Source: a virus
DNA length: 38,504 nucleotides
IMG/VR virus record: IMGVR_UViG_3300011977_000003
Location: 1-38,504 of that record
Reading direction: 5' to 3' (one strand)
Shown: positions 14,759-20,770 of the stretch, piece by piece
Layout of the letters: each line of letters starts with the position of its first letter
Numbering within the stretch: position 1 is the first letter of the stretch
Notes under the pieces: generated by a model
The model's database searches: none
What the model saw: only the letters and a program-made list of their open reading frames with translations
What the model was told of the DNA's origin: nothing
Made by a program: the position numbers and the translations under genes

Positions 14759-15972
14759 GTTGGTCTCCTTTCAAACAGTTGATAGAATAGCAGGCTTAGG
14801 TTGCTGATCTGCTGGCGCGACATACGCCTCCAGTTTCCGCCCAGCCAGGACTTGAAGGAGTTCTCGATCTCCTCGTAGGTCATGGCCCCAGCTTCGAGCT
14901 TTCGCTTGTAGGCCTTCAGCTTGCGGCGCTCTCTGGTGACGCTCTTCGGGTTGATCTTTCGGATCACTCTGCCGGTCTCTGTCAGAGAGTAGCCGATCTG
15001 TAGGTAACGATAGAAGCCGGACAGCTTGCAGATCCGTGTCTTCTTTTCGTTGATGATAATGCCGTACTCCTCGGCGATCTGCTTCACGCCTTCCAGGACA
15101 GCCTGAAGGAGCTCCCTGCTGTCACTGATCACATGTGTGTCGTCGGTGTATCTGCCGAAGAGCTGGCAGCCCATCACGATCGAGATGTAGTTGTCGATCC
15201 GGTACGGGTGGATGATGCCGACGTCCTGGGAGACTTGGTTCCCTATGTCGACGCCCTTCCTGAGCATCTTCTCGCCGGTCAGTGCTCCCGGGTCCACGAA
15301 GCGGTTCATCGTCGGGTCGACCTTGCCGTGATAGAGTTCCGCGATCTCTTCATCAGAGAAGCGGGAGACATCCAGCTCGAAGGTCTTGAAGATGTCACCG
15401 ATCAGCTCCATGGCCACGTCCGCGACGTCTGGATCCTGTTCCCTTCGGATGAAGTAGTCGAGGGTGGCGAGGATCGGCGTGTGCCGTATGTTGCCATAGT
15501 AGCCGGAGAAGTCGATGAAAAGCACCCAGCCGTCATTGCTGCCGGTCTTCATGTAATAGTGGTGCAGATCTTCCTCGAAGTGTCTCCGGTGGAAGCTGAC
15601 GCCCTTGCCCTTCTGGCTCGCGCTGTTGGTATAGGCCAGATATTTGTGGATCGACGGGCTGATCACTTCATCGCATAGCAGATGATTGACCGCCTTGTCT
15701 CTCATGATGTTGCTGGTGATGTACCGGCTGTGGCCCCGCTCATTGATCGGGAACTTCGCGCCGGGTGCCGGTTTGTAGGTGCCGTGCATGATCTCGTCCT
15801 GGATCTTCGCCGTCTGGAGCAGCTGGGTCATTTCATACAGTTGGGTCTTGTACTTGAAGCGGCCGCCCTTCATGGCCTTGGTGCCTGCCTCATAGATCAG
15901 GTTTGCATCATACAATTTGTTCATAAAAATTAACCACGCAATAGTGACAGCGGTCGTAACCGGCCACGTCAT
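14626..15972 (-). CDS. DGR reverse transcriptase
   Basis: Contains FIDFSGYYGNI (motif A), DIGNQVSQ (the DGR-specific GxxxSQ motif) and GRYTDD (YxDD). It lies directly downstream of the TR. The start may be the ATG at 15924 (MNKLYDANLIY) rather than 15972, and neither has a clear SD. The last ~44 aa are low complexity and overlap the next gene. Confidence 0.9.
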   Translation of the reverse strand: MTWPVTTAVTIAWLIFMNKLYDANLIYEAGTKAMKGGRFKYKTQLYEMTQLLQTAKIQDEIMHGTYKPAPGAKFPINERGHSRYITSNIMRDKAVNHLLCDEVISPSIHKYLAYTNSASQKGKGVSFHRRHFEEDLHHYYMKTGSNDGWVLFIDFSGYYGNIRHTPILATLDYFIRREQDPDVADVAMELIGDIFKTFELDVSRFSDEEIAELYHGKVDPTMNRFVDPGALTGEKMLRKGVDIGNQVSQDVGIIHPYRIDNYISIVMGCQLFGRYTDDTHVISDSRELLQAVLEGVKQIAEEYGIIINEKKTRICKLSGFYRYLQIGYSLTETGRVIRKINPKSVTRERRKLKAYKRKLEAGAMTYEEIENSFKSWLGGNWRRMSRQQISNLSLLFYQLFERRPTWKKGHGRLRWLMGQPWRGSASTGTTTSAARRSPRTSSPTTSAQ

Positions 15973-16063
15973 GGTTGGTATTTATCGGCATGGCTGCCGA
16001 ACGGATAACTCTTCCTTTCCCATTGCCGTGCGCGGGTTCCAGCCCGATAGGATGCACGGTTGT

Positions 16064-16156
16064 GAAATCCGGGCGGACGCCGATGGAGTTCGAGGCGTTC
16101 CAGTTGTTGGCATTACCGTTGTTGTTGACGTTGCAGAAATTCGTCGCTGACTGAAC
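16064..16156 (-). repeat. DGR template repeat (TR)
   Basis: 93 bp located between the avd-like stop (16167) and the RT. On the minus strand it encodes VQSATNFCNVNNNGNANNWNASNSIGVRPDF with 10 AAC/AAT codons. It matches VR1 and VR2 except at its adenines. Confidence 0.9.
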
Positions 16157-16166
16157 ATAACAAGAG

Positions 16167-16715
16167 TTACCCGGTGGTGTTGCGCTTTGGTCCTTTCAAA
16201 TACTTCTTAAAACGGTTGTCAGACTGCCGCAGGCTCTTGATTGTTTTGAACAGGTGCTCGATCTCCAGCACGATGCTGGTGTATTTGTTTTTATCTGCCG
16301 GAAGGACCTCTGCTATGTATTGCAGCTCGTCCTGGAGCATATTGCAGCACTCCATCGCTTTGTCCCACTGTAGACGTCTTTCCTCGAACTCTGGCCAGTA
16401 TTCCGGCCAGATCGTGTTCGCCGCTCTCATGTGGACGCTGATGTCCTGGCAGAAGGTGAGCACCCTGGTCCGTTCCTGCTGGATGAACCAGAGATTGAAG
16501 TCTTCCTCCTGTTCGCGGATCCTTTTGGCCAGCTCCTCCCGCTCTCCATCGTCCACGACATAGGCGGTCACGGCCTTGATGTGCTTCTCGAAGCGTTTCT
16601 GGCTGTAACCGAAGGTAGCCATCAGCTCGGCAGTGATCCGTTTTCTGATGTTGTAGACCAGGTGCTGAGCGCGGAGTGGTGACTCCGAGCGCTCGCTCTT
16701 TGGGATGTCTGACAT
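16167..16715 (-). CDS. avd: Avd-like DGR accessory protein (helical, basic C-terminus)
   Basis: 182-aa ORF in the canonical position between the target gene and the TR. The sequence looks predominantly helical, with a basic tail (RFKKYLKGPKRN). The assignment rests on synteny plus weak motif resemblance. Confidence 0.6.
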   Translation of the reverse strand: MSDIPKSERSESPLRAQHLVYNIRKRITAELMATFGYSQKRFEKHIKAVTAYVVDDGEREELAKRIREQEEDFNLWFIQQERTRVLTFCQDISVHMRAANTIWPEYWPEFEERRLQWDKAMECCNMLQDELQYIAEVLPADKNKYTSIVLEIEHLFKTIKSLRQSDNRFKKYLKGPKRNTTG

Positions 16716-16736
16716 GCTTGGTTATCTCCTTATCAT

Positions 16737-16757
16737 CCCGGGCCACGAGGGCCCGGG
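16737..16757 (-). promoter_or_regulatory. GC hairpin downstream of VR1 (putative DGR target-recognition cruciform)
   Basis: Stem cccgggcc (16737-16744) pairs with ggcccggg (16750-16757) around a 5-nt loop. On the minus strand it starts 9 nt after the target stop. No T-run. Confidence 0.65.
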
Positions 16758-16766
16758 GATTGTTGA

Positions 16767-17738
16767 TCAATAGATCAGGAAAGCCGGGCGGACGCCGATG
16801 GAGAGCGAGGCGCCCCAGGCGTCGGCACCACCGTTGTGGTCGACGTTGCAGAAAAGCGTCGCTGACTGAACATCACGGAGCCACCAGTTCTGTCTGTTGC
16901 AGATCAGATCCGGACGCGCCTGGAAAAGCGCGAGCTGAGTCTTGTCTGCCCCGGTGTCGTAGCCGTTCTGAGCGCCCCCGCCCCAGGCGTGGGATCCGTA
17001 GACCATGTGCTCGTTCATGAGGTCGATCTGGCTATCCTGCCATGCCCAGCCGGAGCTCGCGCCGTTGGAGACGGCGTTGGCCAGCAGGACACGGTGGCTG
17101 AGGATGTGATTCGCTCCAAAGTCCGCCTTGACCGTGGCCAGAGCATCGGCCAGGCCGCTCGTCTTCATCTTGCTGCCGAAGTAGGAGCCGGTCGTGACGT
17201 TGGTGTCATTCATGACGCCGTTGTAAAGAGCTTTGTCCGGGAAGACCAGCATGTGGTGGGTGGTCAGCTCTGTGTCTCCGCAGTGGAGACGATAGTCAGC
17301 ATGAGCCGCCCAGTACTTCCGGCCGTTAATCGTCCAGTAGCCTCCGACGCGGACCTTGTCGAACCTGCCCGCTCTGATGTCAGCGGACTGCTCATCTGTG
17401 AAGCTGGTACCAAGATCATGCTCGAAGGGCATGGCGTTGGCGCGGGTCGCTCCGTCCGTTTCGAGGGCTTTGATCAGGCCCTCGATCGTCTCAATGCTGA
17501 GGGCGTTTTCTTCGGTTTTGCCGAAGATCTCATTGATCGCTCCGATCAGGCTGTCCTTGTCCTCCGTTTCGAGTGTGGCCAGATCTCCGCCGATGAAAGT
17601 CTTCAGGGCTGAGAGAGGCAGGGCCTTGACGCCGGTGCCGTCTGCCAGTCTGACGAGGACGATGTCCGCGCCGCTGGAGACCGCGCTGATCGCGGGCTCC
17701 TCGTTGAAGCGTCTGCCGTTTTCAATGTCAATCTGCAT
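16767..17738 (-). CDS. DGR target protein 1: tail-fibre/receptor-binding protein with a C-type-lectin-fold-like variable C-terminus
   Basis: 323 aa and the last gene of the tail module. The C-terminus VQSATLFCNVDHNGGADAWGASLSIGVRPAFLIY aligns to the TR-encoded peptide, with changes only at Asn/A-containing codons. Confidence 0.85.
   Translation of the reverse strand: MQIDIENGRRFNEEPAISAVSSGADIVLVRLADGTGVKALPLSALKTFIGGDLATLETEDKDSLIGAINEIFGKTEENALSIETIEGLIKALETDGATRANAMPFEHDLGTSFTDEQSADIRAGRFDKVRVGGYWTINGRKYWAAHADYRLHCGDTELTTHHMLVFPDKALYNGVMNDTNVTTGSYFGSKMKTSGLADALATVKADFGANHILSHRVLLANAVSNGASSGWAWQDSQIDLMNEHMVYGSHAWGGGAQNGYDTGADKTQLALFQARPDLICNRQNWWLRDVQSATLFCNVDHNGGADAWGASLSIGVRPAFLIY
16779..16871 (-). 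repeat. DGR variable repeat 1 (VR1)
   Basis: 93-bp block at a constant offset of 715 from the TR. It has 14 mismatches, and all fall at adenines of the TR coding strand. Confidence 0.9.
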
Positions 17739-17753
17739 AGTTTTTCTCCTTCC

Positions 17754-18731
17754 TTATGCGTATGCGTATTTCCAGTCGACCATGATCACATTGTCATCGT
17801 CGTCCAGGATCATGTTGCCGTCGTCATCCCTGAGCGGTGCGAAGTAGTCGTTGTGGATGGCCATATACTCCGCCAGGGTGAGACGTTCCTCGTGGTCTGT
17901 CGTGATGTTGATCAGATGACCGGCCACGTCCTCGTCCAGAAGGTCCTGCACTGTAGCAAACCAGGCGTTGAAGGCGTTCTGGCTCGTGCGCTGGAACTCT
18001 CTGAGGTTCTCGGTGATCTCGGTGAGGTTGGCCTCTCCTCGATCCTCCAGGTCCGTGATGTAGTTGTTGATCGTGGTCGTGTAGCCGTCGTAGGCCTGCT
18101 GGGCCATGTCCAGGAACTCTTCGTAGCTGGCGTCCGACTTGTCCACGAACTCGTCATAGAAGGCATTGAACTGGGCGAAGAAGACCTCCGTGTCAATGCT
18201 GTCAATGAACTGGGTGATGTAGCCGCAGACGGAGCTGTCCGGTCTGGTGTCTGTGATCGCGCTCTGGGTGATCGTGGCCATGTTGGTGCTGATCCGGATC
18301 GTGGCCAGGCTCAGCTCGTAGTAGTCGCCGCTGGTCGGTCGGATCAGCTCCGGAGCGACCGGAGACGACGCAGCCGTGCCGGTCTTGATGATGATCTCGC
18401 AGAGCCGGTCTCTGTAGTTGACGCGCAGGACGACGCGGTCGATCCTGCTGTACTGGGTGGGAGCTGTCGCCAGCTCGTAGGTGCTCTCCGCCGCGTCATA
18501 GGCGAAGGCGCCATTGATCAGGCCGAAGCCCGGGCGGACCTTAACGGTCAGGCCGGTGTCACCGGCGAGGACCTGGAAGCAGTCCGCTGGCCTGGCCAGC
18601 ACTCCGTTGGTGAGCAGCTTCGCGAACAGAAGCCGGAAAAGCTCCGACGTTTCTGCCCGGTCGAAGATCGGCATACCTTCGGAGTCGACTCCGGTGATCT
18701 CGGAGTCAAAATAGCCGTATCTCATAGCCAT
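17754..18731 (-). CDS. Tail fibre/baseplate structural protein
   Basis: 325 aa (MAMRYGYFDSEITGVDSEGMPIF...). It lies between the Tal-position gene and the DGR-diversified fibre. The function is assigned by position only. Confidence 0.55.
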   Translation of the reverse strand: MAMRYGYFDSEITGVDSEGMPIFDRAETSELFRLLFAKLLTNGVLARPADCFQVLAGDTGLTVKVRPGFGLINGAFAYDAAESTYELATAPTQYSRIDRVVLRVNYRDRLCEIIIKTGTAASSPVAPELIRPTSGDYYELSLATIRISTNMATITQSAITDTRPDSSVCGYITQFIDSIDTEVFFAQFNAFYDEFVDKSDASYEEFLDMAQQAYDGYTTTINNYITDLEDRGEANLTEITENLREFQRTSQNAFNAWFATVQDLLDEDVAGHLINITTDHEERLTLAEYMAIHNDYFAPLRDDDGNMILDDDDNVIMVDWKYAYA

Positions 18732-18732
18732 G

Positions 18733-19845
18733 TTATGATGCCTCCCTCTTGATTAGTTTCTTGATGGACGTCATCGCCCCGGTCCCGAAGATCACGCTGA
18801 GCGTCTGCTTGCTGCCTTCGTAGACCTCCTGGATCTCGGTGATCCTTTTGATCGTCTCGATCCCGACGTCCGTGTATCTGTAGGTGCAGAGATCTCCCAG
18901 GTCGAAGTCGGTCATGTAGATCAGGTTCGCGTCCGGATCGACGTCGCTGTTGACCGTCTCCACCTTCTCGTACTCCGCCAGCTTCTCCAGGCCACGCTGC
19001 CGGAGCAGCGCCCGGTACTGGGCGGCCGTGTAGGTGTGCTCGGTGCCTCCGTCGTCCGTGTAGGTGCTTTGCAGATCCCTGGCGTCCACCCAGAGCTCCC
19101 GGCGTTCCTCGTCGGCGCTGCTTCGGATGTCCACCTCCACGATGACCCTGGCCGTGCCTTCTCCCTCTCCGGCGACATAGGCGAAGTTCTTGCAGTCCGA
19201 CTCGTCCCTGTCATAGACCGCGTTCTTCACGTTGAAAAAGCTGTCAGAGAAGATGGCCCAGCTGTTGACGTCCTGGGTGTCCCTTCGGTCTTTGCCCTGC
19301 CAGAGCTCGAAGCTGAGCGTGTTGGCCAGGTAGTCATAGATCAGCCGGTGGCTGAGCTCCTGGGTCTGCTCGATCTCGTAGAGCTTGTCGCCCAGGCGGT
19401 CGCCGGTAGCTGTGACCGTGACGCTCGTCCCGATGCCGTGCTGGGTTCCCAGCCGGATCTCCGGGATCTTCCGGTCCGCGTCGCTCGGGCTGATCACATA
19501 CTTGTTGACCAGCTGGCGGCCGATGGCCTCCGGCGTTCCAGTGATGTTCACCTGGCCGTTGATCACCCGGTTGTTGAGCAGCTCCTCGGCAAAATAGCCC
19601 TTGCAGTATGCAGTCCTCGCCCCCTTTGCGTCCCGGGCGAAGTTGACCTCGCGGATCACGCCGAGATCCGTCCGGTCGCTCCGGTAGAGGTAGCGCCCGG
19701 TGTTCATGAGCTCAAAGAACTCGGCGGGAGTGTATAGCTCGAAGAGACCGGGGGCGTAGTACCTCCGGTCCCAGATCATTGTGTTGAACACGCTGATGAT
19801 CCCCAGCGTGTCGAAGTTTTCGTCGAGTATGATCAAATTCATCAT
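18733..19845 (-). CDS. Tail-tip protein (Tal position; resembles the siphovirus Gp37-like family)
   Basis: 370 aa (MMNLIILDENFDTLGIISVFNTMIWDRRYYAPGLFEL). It lies immediately after the Dit-like gene. Confidence 0.55.
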   Translation of the reverse strand: MMNLIILDENFDTLGIISVFNTMIWDRRYYAPGLFELYTPAEFFELMNTGRYLYRSDRTDLGVIREVNFARDAKGARTAYCKGYFAEELLNNRVINGQVNITGTPEAIGRQLVNKYVISPSDADRKIPEIRLGTQHGIGTSVTVTATGDRLGDKLYEIEQTQELSHRLIYDYLANTLSFELWQGKDRRDTQDVNSWAIFSDSFFNVKNAVYDRDESDCKNFAYVAGEGEGTARVIVEVDIRSSADEERRELWVDARDLQSTYTDDGGTEHTYTAAQYRALLRQRGLEKLAEYEKVETVNSDVDPDANLIYMTDFDLGDLCTYRYTDVGIETIKRITEIQEVYEGSKQTLSVIFGTGAMTSIKKLIKREAS

Positions 19846-19849
19846 AGGC

Positions 19850-20770
19850 CTACACCCCCAGATACTTCGGCGTATAGAAGAGGTTGACGTCCAGGTTCGT
19901 GTAGTTCTCGTCCGCGTCGTACTCCAGATAGTTGTCGCCCACGGCGAGCTTGAAGGGCTCGCTCTTGCGGTCGATGTGCTGGTAGTAGTTGACGCCGTTC
20001 AGAGTGATGACCTGGTGCCGGTCGTTCGTGTCGATCAGCAGGATGTCGCCCTGCTGCATGGCCACGTTGACCCTCATATACTGGCCGGTGCCGGTGTTGG
20101 TGATCTTCGGGTTGGTGACTGGGCCTCTGGTGGCCACGAACTGGATCTGGACGCCCGTCGGGACGTCTCCGTCGTTGGCCAGCACGACCTCCTTGTACAG
20201 CGTGCGGTAGCCCATTGTCATGCCGCCCAGCAGCATCCCTCTGGCCTTGTCCGGGTAGTCCAGCTTGCCGCTGGTCATCCGGGTGCTCAGCATCCTCCAC
20301 GGGAAGGCGAAGAGCGCCGAGATGTTGGCCATGTTCTTGCCATAGTTGTCGACGTTGAGCATGTACGGATCCGGGCAGAGCAGGTCGACCAGGATCTTCA
20401 GCTTGTTGTCCATGTTCCGGACGGAAGCGAAGGTCCAGCCCTCCAGCTCGTACTCGATGTTCCGGCTCACGCCCATGTTGGTGATCAGTGCCTTGCCCGT
20501 GTACTTCGGGTTGAAGAACTTGATCACGTTGGCCCGGTTTTCCGGGTTGTTCTTGTTGCTCTTGAAGCTGGCCTCGATGTGGATGGGCCTCGGCTTGATC
20601 TTCTTGCCGTCGACGCTCGCCCCGTCGACCAGGGCGTTGTCTGATGTGCTGATGTCAAGCTCGGAGGACTCCAGTCCGGTCACTGCCGTGATGTCGATGT
20701 CCTCACCGGGTCCCATCCTCAGCGTCTTGCCGTTGCAGGTCAGCTCGATGGTTAATGTATTTTTTGTCAT
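19850..20770 (-). CDS. Distal tail protein (Dit-like)
   Basis: 306 aa. ATGA overlap with the tape measure stop. This is the conserved position downstream of the TMP. Confidence 0.65.
   Translation of the reverse strand: MTKNTLTIELTCNGKTLRMGPGEDIDITAVTGLESSELDISTSDNALVDGASVDGKKIKPRPIHIEASFKSNKNNPENRANVIKFFNPKYTGKALITNMGVSRNIEYELEGWTFASVRNMDNKLKILVDLLCPDPYMLNVDNYGKNMANISALFAFPWRMLSTRMTSGKLDYPDKARGMLLGGMTMGYRTLYKEVVLANDGDVPTGVQIQFVATRGPVTNPKITNTGTGQYMRVNVAMQQGDILLIDTNDRHQVITLNGVNYYQHIDRKSEPFKLAVGDNYLEYDADENYTNLDVNLFYTPKYLGV

Noticed and set aside
14626-15972. The reverse transcriptase as a retron or group II intron RT.
   Set aside because: The presence of a TR and two VRs with A-only mismatches, the GxxxSQ motif and the avd-like neighbour fit a DGR. 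No intron RNA domains, maturase/endonuclease domains or retron msr/msd-like inverted repeats were seen.
18518-18550. A possible third VR/IMH: gcccgggcggacc resembles the GC-rich core shared by the TR and both VRs.
   Set aside because: Only about 12 nt match and the flanks show no TR homology. There is no AAC-codon correspondence and it is not at a gene 3' end. It encodes VRPGFGLING by coincidence.
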